Shown here one piece after another: positions 19,192-28,201 of a DNA stretch of 64,000 bases; positions within the stretch are counted from its first letter, which is position 1; every line of letters starts with the position of its first letter. The stretch is from Candidatus Moraniibacteriota bacterium (lineage in GTDB: Bacteria; Patescibacteriota; Minisyncoccia; Moranbacterales; UBA1568), in the NCBI GenBank assembly GCA_049287005.1, contig JBAQEZ010000003.1, positions 181,958-245,957 of the forward strand, read 5' to 3'. The notes under the pieces are model-generated. The model was not told where the DNA came from and did no database searches. It was given only the letters and a program-made list of their open reading frames with translations. The position numbers were made by a program, and so were the translations under genes.

Positions 19192-19509
19192 TCAATCAAG
19201 GCCGAGTTGGATCTTGGAGTCCTCGGACATTTTGTCGATCGTCCAGGGCGGATCGAAGGTGAGATTGATTTTCACTTCGTTGACCGCGGGAATTTCCATC
19301 ACCTGATCCTCGATTTCTTTCTGTATCTGCGCGAAGAGAGGACAGCCGATGGTCGTCAGGGTCATAGTGATGGTACACACCCCTTCTTTGTTTACGATCA
19401 CTCCATAGATCAGCCCCAAATCCAAAATAGACACGCCCAATTCGGGATCGAGCACGAGCTTGAGCTTTTCTTTCACTTTAGCCTTGAGGGATATTTTTTC
19501 TGCTGACAT
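19192..19509 (-). CDS. sufT: DUF59/MIP18-family Fe-S cluster assembly protein (SufT-like). An alternative upstream start at 19566 would add 19 aa.
   Basis: MSAEKISLKAKVKEKLKLVLDPELGVSILDLGLIYGV ... CTITMTLTTIGCPL, the typical DUF59 pattern (VxDPE ... D/NLGLI ... TxxxCP). Confidence 0.6.
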   Translation of the reverse strand: MSAEKISLKAKVKEKLKLVLDPELGVSILDLGLIYGVIVNKEGVCTITMTLTTIGCPLFAQIQKEIEDQVMEIPAVNEVKINLTFDPPWTIDKMSEDSKIQLGLD

Positions 19510-19674
19510 GACTTTTAGCGTGAAGAAAAGGTACAAAATAGAAATCAATTTGAGAAAAGATTTCAAAATGTTTTTTAGGGAGCCTTTAGCGAAATTGCTT
19601 CGGTACGGCTCATCTAAAAACTTTTGAAATCTTTTCAGTACCTATCTTTATTTTATGGAGCTTAGCTCCAAAGA

Positions 19675-19947
19675 TTATTCCGGGAAAATGACTTTGCCTG
19701 TCTCATCCTTGATGATGATGGCGGCTACCGGACAGGAACGCGCGGCGTTCAAGATGATGTCCTGGCTATCTTGATCGACGGTCGCCAGGATAGAGGCTTT
19801 GCCGCTGTCATCGAGAGCGAATGTCTTGGGCGCCATGGCAGTACAGGGCGCCGCGCCGATACAGGCGCCATGATCGACTTCTACGGTCCAACCATTGTTC
19901 ATTTTTACGGGTCCGGCTGGTCTGGCTTCGTCTTTCCATTGTGACAT
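19675..19947 (-). CDS. Small mono-cluster ferredoxin
   Basis: 90 aa with Cys ligands in HGACIGAAPCTAMAP and ARSCPVAAI (C-x-x-x-x-x-C ... CP pattern). Confidence 0.75.
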   Translation of the reverse strand: MSQWKDEARPAGPVKMNNGWTVEVDHGACIGAAPCTAMAPKTFALDDSGKASILATVDQDSQDIILNAARSCPVAAIIIKDETGKVIFPE

Positions 19948-20065
19948 ACGCTTTTATGGTTACATTGTTACATTGTTTTATAGCCGAGCATTCAGTCCTG
20001 ATGAGCCATGAAACAATACAACCATGAAACCGCTTCTGCTTCTTTATGACGACGGTATCTTCGGT

Positions 20066-20431
20066 TCAGACTTTGGAAAGGAGAGCTTGGTGCAACGTTT
20101 CCAAGGAGAGGAGTCCGCACTTCAGCCGATTGGGCGAAAGCGTGACACCGAGCAGATCGAGCACATGCTTGGGTTCCAGGGCGAGCGCTTCCCCAAGCGG
20201 CTTCTTTTTGGCGTATTCTGTCAAAAGCGAAGCGGAAGCCTGGGAGATGGCGCAACCGGAACCGGAAAACTTCACATCTTCTATGATATCATTTTTGACG
20301 ATTATGTCTATGCGAAGCGTATCCCCGCACGCCAAGTTGGCGGCATCGGCGCGATGGGTCGCTTTTGCCAAGACTCCGTGGTTGCGGGGATTGCGATAAT
20401 GATCCAGGATGAGATCTTGGTAAAGGGACAT
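20066..20431 (-). CDS. sufU: SUF-system Fe-S scaffold/sulfur acceptor SufU (IscU/NifU-like N-terminal domain)
   Basis: NPRNHGVL ... NLACGDTLRIDI ... FSGSGCAISQASAS ... LKCGLLSLETL, the conserved Cys/Asp ligands of SufU. Confidence 0.8.
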   Translation of the reverse strand: MSLYQDLILDHYRNPRNHGVLAKATHRADAANLACGDTLRIDIIVKNDIIEDVKFSGSGCAISQASASLLTEYAKKKPLGEALALEPKHVLDLLGVTLSPNRLKCGLLSLETLHQALLSKV

Positions 20432-20432
20432 A

Positions 20433-21659
20433 TTACTTGGAAAACAGGGTTTGAATTTCTTTCAGCACAACAATCAATCTTTTGATGTTGTTTTCATTGT
20501 TGTAGAGGGAAAAGCTGATACGGGTTGTGGCATGTAGATGGAGACTCCTGTGGAGAGGGGTGGCACAGTGCTCGCCGGCTCGCACGCAGATGTTCTGTTC
20601 GCCCAAGAGGTGAGCGATATCATGCGGGTGGATGTTTTCGAAAGAGAAAGCGATGATACCGCCGCGCTTCGCCGGATCAAGCGGACCGACGATGCGGATA
20701 GTCTCGCCGAAGGTTTCCTTCAGGCGTTTGAGAGCGTACGCGGTGAGCGCCATTTCGTGGGCGCGGATGTTGTTTGTCCCGATACTTTCTACGTACTCGA
20801 TAGCGGCGCCCAGAGCGATGACCCCCCCGATATTGGGTGTCCCCGCTTCAAAACGATAGGGGCTGTCTTTGTACAGTGTTTCTTTCGCGCAGGCGTCCAG
20901 AACCATGCCGCCGCCGAAATGGATAGGATGAAGCGTTTCCAGGAGCGACTGTTTTCCATAGAGGACGCCGACGCCGGTTGGTCCGAACATCTTGTGAGCG
21001 GAGAAGGCGACAAAATCAGCGCCCCACTCGGAAACAGCCAGGGGCAGATGCGAAACGGCCTGAGCCGCATCGACGACTACGATAATGTGCGGGTGGATGC
21101 TTTTTATGAGTGCGGTTATTTCTTGGACCGGATTGATGGTGCCGAGGACGTTCGAAACAGCGGAGAAAGCGACTACTTGGGTATGCTCATCAATGAAATT
21201 TTTGAGTACGGCGATATCCAGCAGTCCTTCTGGTGTGATGGGGAGCACGCGAAAATCAAGAGAGCGCCTCTTGGCCAATTCTTTCCAGGGAAGGAAATTG
21301 GAATGGTGTTCCATCTCTGTCGTCGCGACATTGTCTCCCGGCTGGAGCCGGTCAGCCAGCAGCTCTGCGACCAGATTGAGCGCGCCGGTCGCGCCGGCGG
21401 TAAAGATGATTTCCTGGGAGCTGGCGGCTCCGATGAAAGAGGCAATTTTCCCCCGTACCGCTTCGAACTTCTCTGTCGCTTTTTCGGCCAAGGGGTAGAG
21501 TCCGCGGGCGATATTGGCGGAATAGCGTTCTAGGTACTCCCGTTCCGCGTCAATGACGATCTGGGGCTTGAGAGCGGTGGCAGCCGAGTCTAAATACACG
21601 AGATCTTTTTCGTGTGTAAAAAGAGGGAAATCGAATTTTGCTTGCTTGATGTCTTTCAT
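20433..21659 (-). CDS. sufS: Cysteine desulfurase SufS (class V aminotransferase fold)
   Basis: YLDSAATALKP ... PLP-Lys region FSAHKMFGPTGVGVLYGK ... active-site Cys RAGEHCATPL. Confidence 0.9.
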   Translation of the reverse strand: MKDIKQAKFDFPLFTHEKDLVYLDSAATALKPQIVIDAEREYLERYSANIARGLYPLAEKATEKFEAVRGKIASFIGAASSQEIIFTAGATGALNLVAELLADRLQPGDNVATTEMEHHSNFLPWKELAKRRSLDFRVLPITPEGLLDIAVLKNFIDEHTQVVAFSAVSNVLGTINPVQEITALIKSIHPHIIVVVDAAQAVSHLPLAVSEWGADFVAFSAHKMFGPTGVGVLYGKQSLLETLHPIHFGGGMVLDACAKETLYKDSPYRFEAGTPNIGGVIALGAAIEYVESIGTNNIRAHEMALTAYALKRLKETFGETIRIVGPLDPAKRGGIIAFSFENIHPHDIAHLLGEQNICVRAGEHCATPLHRSLHLHATTRISFSLYNNENNIKRLIVVLKEIQTLFSK

Positions 21660-22252
21660 AGTGCTTGTAAATATTCTTTCAGTGTAGCGGTTATTGCTTG
21701 CGTGTCTATACCCCGGTCCTCTATTTTTAACAGGGCGTCATTGAAAAAGCCTTGCACCAGAAGCGTTTTGGCTTGTGCCGGCGAAAGGCCGCGTGTCTCA
21801 GCGAAAAAAAGAGCTTCTCTGTTGAGCGGACTGGCGGTGGCCGCATGGCGGCATTTCACGTCATCGGCCAGGATTTCCAGCACGGGGTTCATGGAGGCGA
21901 AGGCATCAGGAGAAAGGAGGAGGGCGCGGCTCTCCTGTGAAGCATCGCTTTGTGGAGCATGCGCGGCAATGAAGATGAGTCCCTCGTACGTGTAGCGCGA
22001 TTCATCCGACACGACGCTTTTGACGAGCGTATGAGAGACGGTTTTTGGGGCGAGATGTTGCTGTCGTATCCGCAAAGAAGACGTGTCGGCGTTCTTTCCG
22101 ATGAAAAAAGAAAAAATGTGCGCTTCCGCGCCGCTCTCGGCGAGCTCAAACACGACGTCTCCCGAGCGATTGAGCATGAAGAAGACAGCCTTTTCGTCTT
22201 GGCCGAGGCGGTAGGTATTTTTATAGTCTTGTGAGATGTCTCTGAATTGCAT
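21656..22252 (-). CDS. sufD: Fe-S cluster assembly protein SufD (short form)
   Basis: C-terminal SufB/D signature LADDVKCRHAATASPL. Overlaps sufS by 4 nt (ATGA). Confidence 0.7.
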   Translation of the reverse strand: MQFRDISQDYKNTYRLGQDEKAVFFMLNRSGDVVFELAESGAEAHIFSFFIGKNADTSSLRIRQQHLAPKTVSHTLVKSVVSDESRYTYEGLIFIAAHAPQSDASQESRALLLSPDAFASMNPVLEILADDVKCRHAATASPLNREALFFAETRGLSPAQAKTLLVQGFFNDALLKIEDRGIDTQAITATLKEYLQAL

Positions 22253-22266
22253 AAGGTAATAATTTG

Positions 22267-23706
22267 TTATCCCACACTTCCTTCCATTTCCATGTTGATC
22301 AATCGGTTCAGTTCTATCGAATATTCGAGCGGAATCTCTTTGACGACCGGATCGATGAAGCCGTTGACGAGCAATCCTTCGGCATCTTCCTTCTTGATAC
22401 CGCGCGAGGTGAGATAGAACAACTGTTCCTCGCCTATTTTCTCCACCGTCGCTTCGTGTTCGAACGTGGCGCTCTTTTCCTTGATCGACATCGTCGGGTA
22501 CGTGTCTGAGCGTGAAGTATCATCGAGGAGAAGAGCGTCGCAGACGACGGAGGCCTTGGCATTTGTGGCACCGCGTCCGATATGCACCAAACCGCGGTAG
22601 GAAGTCCGCCCGCCATCTTTGGAAATGGATTTGGAAACAACGCGGGAAGTGGTATCGGGAGCCAGGTGCACCATCTTCGCGCCGGCATCCTGATGCTGGC
22701 CCGCGCCGGCATAGGCGATGGAGAGGACTTCGCCGTGAGCGCCGCGTCCCGTGAGATAGACCGCCGGGTATTTCATGGTGACGCCGGAGCCGATATTGCA
22801 ATCCACCCATTCCATCACGGCATTTTCTTCCGCTCGCGCGCGTTTGGTGACGAGATTAAAAATATTTTTGCTCCAGTTCTGCACCGTGGTGTAGCGGACG
22901 TGCGCGTTCTTGGCGACGAATATCTCTACCACCGCTGAATGTAGCGAATTGGTCGTATAAATCGGAGCCGTGCAGCCTTCGACATAGTGCACGGAACTGC
23001 CTTCTTCCGCGATGATGAGCGTGCGTTCGAATTGGCCGAAGGCCTCGGCGTTGATGCGGAAATAGGCCTGGAGCGGCAGCTTGACTTTCACGCTTTTCGG
23101 TATGTACACAAAAGAGCCGCCGGACCAGACGGCGGAATTGAGCGCGGCGAATTTGTTATCGTGAGCCGGGATCAGTGTGCCGAAGTATTTCTTGACGATA
23201 TCCGGATATTTTTTGACCGCCGTATCCATATCACAGAAGATAACGCCCAGTCGGTCGAGTTCGCGACTGATGCTCTCGTAGACTACTTCGGATTCATACT
23301 GCGCGGAAACGCCGGCGAGAAATTTTTTTTCCGCTTCCGGCACGCCGATGCGGTCGTAGGTTTCTTTGATCTCCTGCGGCAGGTCATCCCAGCTCGTCGC
23401 CTGCTTGTCGGTCGCTTTGAGATAGTAGGTGATAGCGTTGAAATCAATTTTGGAAAGATCGGCGCCGAAGCTGGGCATCGGTTTGCTCTTGAAAATTTCA
23501 TAGGCGCGCAAACGCAGATTCCGCATCCAGGCAGATTCATTTTTGATCTGGGAAATTTCAGCCACGATTTTTTTATTCAGACCCAGGGTGGTTTTATGCA
23601 CCGAGCGTTCCGGCATGGCGAAACCGAACTTGTAATCTCCGAAGTCGATGTTTTTTTTCTTTGCGTCTCGCATATTATTTGATGTGTTCGAATCCCTTTT
23701 GTTCAA
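22267..23706 (-). CDS. sufB: Fe-S cluster assembly protein SufB. An alternative start at 23673 would remove a 32-nt overlap with sufC.
   Basis: Long SufB-specific conservation, including EGCTAPIYTTNSLHSAVVEIF ... GAKMVHLAPDTTSRVVSKSIS ... VVCDALLLDD. Confidence 0.9.
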   Translation of the reverse strand: MNKRDSNTSNNMRDAKKKNIDFGDYKFGFAMPERSVHKTTLGLNKKIVAEISQIKNESAWMRNLRLRAYEIFKSKPMPSFGADLSKIDFNAITYYLKATDKQATSWDDLPQEIKETYDRIGVPEAEKKFLAGVSAQYESEVVYESISRELDRLGVIFCDMDTAVKKYPDIVKKYFGTLIPAHDNKFAALNSAVWSGGSFVYIPKSVKVKLPLQAYFRINAEAFGQFERTLIIAEEGSSVHYVEGCTAPIYTTNSLHSAVVEIFVAKNAHVRYTTVQNWSKNIFNLVTKRARAEENAVMEWVDCNIGSGVTMKYPAVYLTGRGAHGEVLSIAYAGAGQHQDAGAKMVHLAPDTTSRVVSKSISKDGGRTSYRGLVHIGRGATNAKASVVCDALLLDDTSRSDTYPTMSIKEKSATFEHEATVEKIGEEQLFYLTSRGIKKEDAEGLLVNGFIDPVVKEIPLEYSIELNRLINMEMEGSVG

Positions 23707-24391
23707 TTATTTTGGCGAGAGCGCTGGTTCCCGTGCTGACGAGACGGCCATCTTTGATGATCAGAACTTCCTCTGGCTTGATATATTTGAGCAAGCGCGT
23801 CGAGTGGGTGATGAAAACGAGAGTGGTAGTCTTGGGCAGATGCTCTTTCAGGAAGTGAGCAATAGTGCGGAGCGCGTCGACATCGACGCCGGTATCGATT
23901 TCGTCCAACAGGGCGAATTTCGGAGCCAGGAGAACGGCCTGGAGGGCTTCCAGCTTTTTCTTTTCTCCGCCGGAGAAACCATCATTGAGAGAACGTTTCA
24001 AGAGTTCATCTTTGATGCGGAGTTCTTTGGCATATTCTTTTATTTGTTTATGCAGGGTAACCGGATCCACTTGTTTTTCGAGAGCGAGCCGGAGGAGTTC
24101 GAAGACGGTCACTCCTGGCAGCATCATGGGTGTCTGGAAAGAGAGAAAAATACCCAGTCGGGCCCGTTTATCTGGGGAAAGGTTTTTGATGTTCCTGCTA
24201 TTCGCCAGTATCTTGGATGCGCGAGAATACACAATATTCGGATGTCCCATGATGGCACTCGCCAGGGTGGATTTACCGGAGCCATTCGGGCCCATCAGCG
24301 CATAGGTTCTGCCTGGCTTGAAATCAAACGAGATGTCGTCGAGGATTTTCTTGTTTGCGATGGAAACAGAGAGATTTCTGATGTGCAGCAT
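23675..24391 (-). CDS. sufC: Fe-S cluster assembly ATPase SufC
   Basis: Start MLHIRNLSVSI at the internal Met (track ORF extended to 24490). Walker A GPNGSGKSTL, signature FSGGEKKK, and SufC-type MGHP motif. Confidence 0.9.
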   Translation of the reverse strand: MLHIRNLSVSIANKKILDDISFDFKPGRTYALMGPNGSGKSTLASAIMGHPNIVYSRASKILANSRNIKNLSPDKRARLGIFLSFQTPMMLPGVTVFELLRLALEKQVDPVTLHKQIKEYAKELRIKDELLKRSLNDGFSGGEKKKLEALQAVLLAPKFALLDEIDTGVDVDALRTIAHFLKEHLPKTTTLVFITHSTRLLKYIKPEEVLIIKDGRLVSTGTSALAKIIEQKGFEHIK

Positions 24392-24398
24392 AGGGGTG

Positions 24399-24809
24399 TT
24401 ATCGTGAAATATTTTTTGGAATGAGACTGGCGATAGAAATGTCCGAAAGCGTTTCCTCGATCTTATTTTCCAACGCGCGCCACACTTCATTGGTTTGGCA
24501 GTGGCTCACATGGAGACAGGGCAGGATGCCTGCGACAGAAGCGGTGAATGTTTTGATCGGTCCGTCGAGTGCGCGGAGGATGTTCCAGACACTGATACGG
24601 TCTGTTTCGCGCGCCAAAGCATAGCCACCGGCCGTGCCTTTGGTAGCCTCTACGATACCGGCTCGGCGGAGACTTTGGAGGATTTTTTCCAGATAATCTT
24701 CTGGCAAGCCCTCCGCGGCGGCGAGAGCATGAATAGAAAGCGTCGTATCGGTTTGGGCGAGAGCTACTATGGCTCTGAGCCCATAATATGCTTTCTTTGA
24801 TACCTTCAT
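24399..24809 (-). CDS. Rrf2-family transcriptional regulator (IscR/SufR-like)
   Basis: N-terminal wHTH AYYGLRAIVALAQ ... LSIHALAAAEGLPEDYLEKILQSLRRAGIV, plus a C-terminal Cys pair (CLHVSHC). First gene of the suf operon. Confidence 0.8.
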   Translation of the reverse strand: MKVSKKAYYGLRAIVALAQTDTTLSIHALAAAEGLPEDYLEKILQSLRRAGIVEATKGTAGGYALARETDRISVWNILRALDGPIKTFTASVAGILPCLHVSHCQTNEVWRALENKIEETLSDISIASLIPKNISR

Positions 24810-24824
24810 GATATTTTCATAATT

Positions 24825-24841
24825 CAGACTAATTTAGTCTG
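24825..24841. promoter_or_regulatory. 17-bp perfect palindrome CAGACTAATTTAGTCTG, 16 nt upstream of the rrf2 start; candidate Rrf2/IscR-type operator
   Basis: Its core GACT-AATTT-AGTC matches the IscR type-1 consensus half-sites (GACTR-www-YAGTC). Confidence 0.5.
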
Positions 24842-24937
24842 ATATTAATAGAAAAGGCAGATTTTGTCAACCTTACTGTGGACAAGGAGACTGCTTCCTG
24901 CTACAACTCCGAGAGTAGTTTAACAGTGAGGTGAGAC

Positions 24938-25333
24938 ATGAATGCTTCCTATGAAGGCGTATGGTACAGTCCGGGACAGCTGTTTTGTGAGCTCGGCGTG
25001 GAGCGGCTGTATGTGTACCGTCCGCGCCGCCCTTTGGACAGGAGCGTCGTTCTCGATATCATCGAACTCGATGAGAATATCCGCAATTATGGTCTGGCGT
25101 TTCTTTTCCTCCCTATGGAAAATGGCGCGCTGGAGCCGATTGTGTTTTGCGAGAATGATACGGAGCAGTCCGTCTGTCTCTTTCTTACGTTCGATTATAC
25201 GGAAGGAAAATTCTTTTTCGGCTTGCGTGCGAAAGGGGGGAACGAGGTCGTCTCTCGCACCCTTCTTGAGATGCGGTTCAAGTGCCGAGCGCTGTCGTTT
25301 GAGAGGGACACTTTCTTCCTTTTTCCTTCGTGA
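24938..25333 (+). CDS. Hypothetical protein (131 aa)
   Basis: AGGTGAG ribosome-binding site 5 nt upstream of ATG 24938. The composition is more protein-like than the overlapping antisense ORF (24920-25351), which is R/K-rich. Confidence 0.3.
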   Translation: MNASYEGVWYSPGQLFCELGVERLYVYRPRRPLDRSVVLDIIELDENIRNYGLAFLFLPMENGALEPIVFCENDTEQSVCLFLTFDYTEGKFFFGLRAKGGNEVVSRTLLEMRFKCRALSFERDTFFLFPS

Positions 25334-25433
25334 CTCCTTGAGAATCTTCAAGCCGTCGCGAGGGATTTTTGTTTTTTATGACCAACGGGGCATGGTTTCT
25401 TTTTTTTGAAAAATACAGTACACTGGTGCAACT

Positions 25434-26684
25434 ATGATCAAACCAGGTGATGTGGAAATTATGGCGCCAGCTGGAAGTTTTGAGAGCTTGGCGGCGGCCA
25501 TCAAGGGCGGATGCGACAGCGTCTATTTCGGCGTGACCCAGCTCAATATGCGTGCCCGGGCGGCGGCCAATCTGACGCTGTCCGACCTGGCAGAGGTGGC
25601 GCGGATCTGTCATGCAAAAAACGTCAAAGCCTATTTGGCGGTCAACACGCTCCTGTATGATCATGACACGCAGATCATGCGCAAGCTCGTGGACGCTGCC
25701 AAAGAAAATACTATCGATGCCGTCATCGCGTTTGATTTCGCGACAATACAGTATTGTAACGAGATCGGCATGCCAGTGCATATATCGGTACAGTTTTCTG
25801 TTTCCAATTATGAGTCGCTGAAGTTCTTCGCGACGATGACGAATCGCGTAGTGCTAGCACGCGAACTGACGCTCGATCAGATGCGCGTGATACATGAGCG
25901 TATTGAAAAAGAACAACTCATGGGGCGAGAAGGGCGGCTGATGGAAATAGAGGCGTTTGTGCACGGAGCGCTCTGCGTGGCGCAATCGGGACGCTGTTTC
26001 ATGAGCACGTATACGGATAATGCTTCCGCCAATCGCGGAGCCTGCTTGCAGAATTGTCGCGGGCAGTACAAGGTGACTGATATGGAAACTGGCAAAGAAC
26101 TCGTGCTGGACAATCATTATGTGATGAGCGCGGCGGATATCTGTACGATTGATTTTTTAGATGAACTCTTGAAAGCTGGCGTGCAGACATGGAAAATCGA
26201 GGGACGCGGACGTTCTCCGGAATATGTCTATACGGTAGTCAAGACATACCGGCAAGCACTCTGTGATTTGGCAGCGGGTGAATATACGAAAGCAAAGGTG
26301 GTAAAATATTTCGAAGATTTGAAGACGGTCTATCATCGCGGATTGTCGCATGGGAACTATTATCTGGGTCGCGAATTGGACGCTTACGGTGATGCATACG
26401 GATCGAAATCCACCAAAGAGAAGGTTTTTGTCGGTACGGTGAAAAAATATTTTGCCAAAGCGGGCGTGGCTGAGGCAATGATTGATGCCGGTACTCTGGC
26501 TCAGGGTGATGAGATCCGCATCCTGGGTGCCACAACGGGAGTGTACGAAGGAGGTGTCAGCGAGCTCCGGGCGGCCGACATGACACCCCGAACAAGCGGA
26601 AAAAAGGGGGATATCGTGACCTTTCCGGTGACGGAACGAGTGCGCGTGAATGACAAAGTATATTTGTGGAAAGATAAGAAATAA
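25434..26684 (+). CDS. Peptidase family U32 (collagenase-like protease or RNA/quinone-modification enzyme family)
   Basis: N-terminal signature MIKPGDVEIMAPAGSFESLAAAIKGGCDSVYFG and the central conserved region CVAQSGRCFMSTY. Confidence 0.85.
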   Translation: MIKPGDVEIMAPAGSFESLAAAIKGGCDSVYFGVTQLNMRARAAANLTLSDLAEVARICHAKNVKAYLAVNTLLYDHDTQIMRKLVDAAKENTIDAVIAFDFATIQYCNEIGMPVHISVQFSVSNYESLKFFATMTNRVVLARELTLDQMRVIHERIEKEQLMGREGRLMEIEAFVHGALCVAQSGRCFMSTYTDNASANRGACLQNCRGQYKVTDMETGKELVLDNHYVMSAADICTIDFLDELLKAGVQTWKIEGRGRSPEYVYTVVKTYRQALCDLAAGEYTKAKVVKYFEDLKTVYHRGLSHGNYYLGRELDAYGDAYGSKSTKEKVFVGTVKKYFAKAGVAEAMIDAGTLAQGDEIRILGATTGVYEGGVSELRAADMTPRTSGKKGDIVTFPVTERVRVNDKVYLWKDKK

Positions 26685-26688
26685 TTTT

Positions 26689-26925
26689 ATGGGTACTCAG
26701 AAGATCACTCTCTGTCATAAAAGGAATGATTGCATCGGTTGCGGGTCGTGCGCGCTCTTGGCGCCGGACAGATGGCAGATGAATGAACAGGACGGAAAGG
26801 CGGATCTGCGCGGTGGCGAATGGAAAGGCGGTGAATTTGTCGTGGCGAAAATCGAGGGAGAGGAACGTGCGGCCAATAAGCAAGCGGCCGATGCCTGCCC
26901 GGTGGGGATTATTCGACTAGATTAA
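26689..26925 (+). CDS. Small ferredoxin-like protein (78 aa)
   Basis: CIGCGSCALLAP ... ADACPVGIIRL. The track ORF begins at 26650, but the ATG at 26689 lies just after the U32 stop. Confidence 0.55.
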   Translation: MGTQKITLCHKRNDCIGCGSCALLAPDRWQMNEQDGKADLRGGEWKGGEFVVAKIEGEERAANKQAADACPVGIIRLD

Positions 26926-27020
26926 AGAGAATCTTTTATAAGTTTTCCCTTTTCTTTCCCCTTTTTCTCCGTCGAACATTTCCGAAAAAAGTCGCCGACA
27001 AAAGAGCTGTCCTGCTCTAA

Positions 27021-27056
27021 GAGCCGAAACGGCTCCGAGCGTCACGCTCATTTTAT
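27021..27056 (+). terminator. Tandem hairpins followed by a U-rich tract
   Basis: GAGCCGaaacGGCTC then cGAGCGtcaCGCTC followed by ATTTTAT. Confidence 0.5.
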
Positions 27057-27106
27057 ACCGGCACTTTTATCGCAAATGTTACCGCTGTAGATCGGGAGGG
27101 CAGAAA

Positions 27107-28201
27107 ATGAAAAACTTACAAAAGATTCATAAAGATAATAAGAGTTTTTTTATGCAGCCATATCTCGGATTTTGGGGAAAATTAGAGAAACCGTTTTTCG
27201 TTCTGGCGCCACTGGCCAATGTCACGGACGCGGTGTTTCGGCGCGTCATAACGAAGTATTCGAAATACGGAGGAAAAGATATAACAAATGGCTCGGAGGC
27301 AAGTTTACCCGCCGAAGCGCTGCGCGTAGGAGGGCCGGATGTGACGTGGACGGAATTCGTCTCGGCGGACGGGCTCTGTCACCCCAGGGGGCGCGAGGCA
27401 CTCATGCGCGACCTGTCTTTTACCGAAGGCGAGCGGCCGATCGTGACTCAACTCTTTACAGCGCATCCGGGAGCGATGTTCGAGGCGGCAAAATTCGTCG
27501 CGGAGCTCGGGTTTGATGGCATTGATATCAATATGGGTTGCCCCGACAAGAATGTGATGAAGCAGGGAGCCGGCGCGACACTGATGAAAGATCCAAAGCT
27601 GGCGCAGGAGATTATTCGAGCGGCACAAGAGGGAATAAAAGCTTCTGGAAAAGAAATACCGATTTCTGTGAAGACACGCCTCGGATTCAATGAGGATAAC
27701 TTGGAGGCGTGGCTGCCGGTGTTGCTTGAAACACGGCCGGCGGTTATTACGGTACACGCGCGGACAAAAAAGGAAATGTCTAAAGTGCCGGCTCGTTGGG
27801 GGAGGATCAAGCGTGCGGTAGAGATCGCGGCGGGGAGCGGGACACTTATCATCGGCAATGGCGACGTGAAAGATCTGCGCGACGCGGGAGAGAAAGCGCG
27901 GGAGACCGGCGCGGATGGTGTCATGCTCGGACGGGCGATCTTCGGCAATCCCTGGTTGTTTGATAAAAACAAAACCGCAGTAACGGTGGAAGAAAAATTA
28001 CAGGCTGCCGTCTGGCATACGCGGCTCTTTGAAACGGTGTGGGGGGATACGAAAAGTTTCGAGCTGATGAAAAAGCACTACCAATCCTACGTCAATCACT
28101 TTCCCCAGGCGAAGGAGCTGCGCGTCCAGATGATGGCGTGTCATTCCGCGCGCGAGATAGAGAAAGTAGTGGCGGATTTTTTGGCTCAGAGTCGGGTGTA
28201 G
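27107..28201 (+). CDS. dus: tRNA-dihydrouridine synthase (DusB-like)
   Basis: FVLAPLANVTDAVFRRV ... DINMGCPDKNVMKQGAGATLM ... KTRLGF. GGGAGGG ribosome-binding site before the ATG. Confidence 0.85.
   Translation: MKNLQKIHKDNKSFFMQPYLGFWGKLEKPFFVLAPLANVTDAVFRRVITKYSKYGGKDITNGSEASLPAEALRVGGPDVTWTEFVSADGLCHPRGREALMRDLSFTEGERPIVTQLFTAHPGAMFEAAKFVAELGFDGIDINMGCPDKNVMKQGAGATLMKDPKLAQEIIRAAQEGIKASGKEIPISVKTRLGFNEDNLEAWLPVLLETRPAVITVHARTKKEMSKVPARWGRIKRAVEIAAGSGTLIIGNGDVKDLRDAGEKARETGADGVMLGRAIFGNPWLFDKNKTAVTVEEKLQAAVWHTRLFETVWGDTKSFELMKKHYQSYVNHFPQAKELRVQMMACHSAREIEKVVADFLAQSRV

Noticed and set aside
19957-19975. Tandem direct repeat TTACATTG-TTACATTG between the ferredoxin and sufU genes
   Set aside because: It is only two 8-bp copies in an AT-rich promoter region. 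That is not distinctive enough to call a regulatory site.
19990-20032. The sequence CCTGATGAGCCATGAAAC resembles the hammerhead ribozyme core (CUGAUGA ... GAAAC).
   Set aside because: Only 5 nt separate the two core elements, too few to form stem II. No flanking stems I or III can be drawn, so this is a chance match.
23675-24490. Upstream extension of the sufC ORF (24392-24490) and the 3493-3675 extension of the ORF downstream of the surface protein
   Set aside because: Each extension overlaps a strongly supported neighbouring gene in another frame. Internal Met starts give canonical N-termini (MLHIRNLSV for SufC).
24920-25351. Minus-strand 143-aa ORF overlapping the plus-strand hypothetical 24938-25333
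   Set aside because: The minus reading is extremely K/R/E-rich and lacks a ribosome-binding site. The plus reading has an AGGTGAG ribosome-binding site. Neither is certain.
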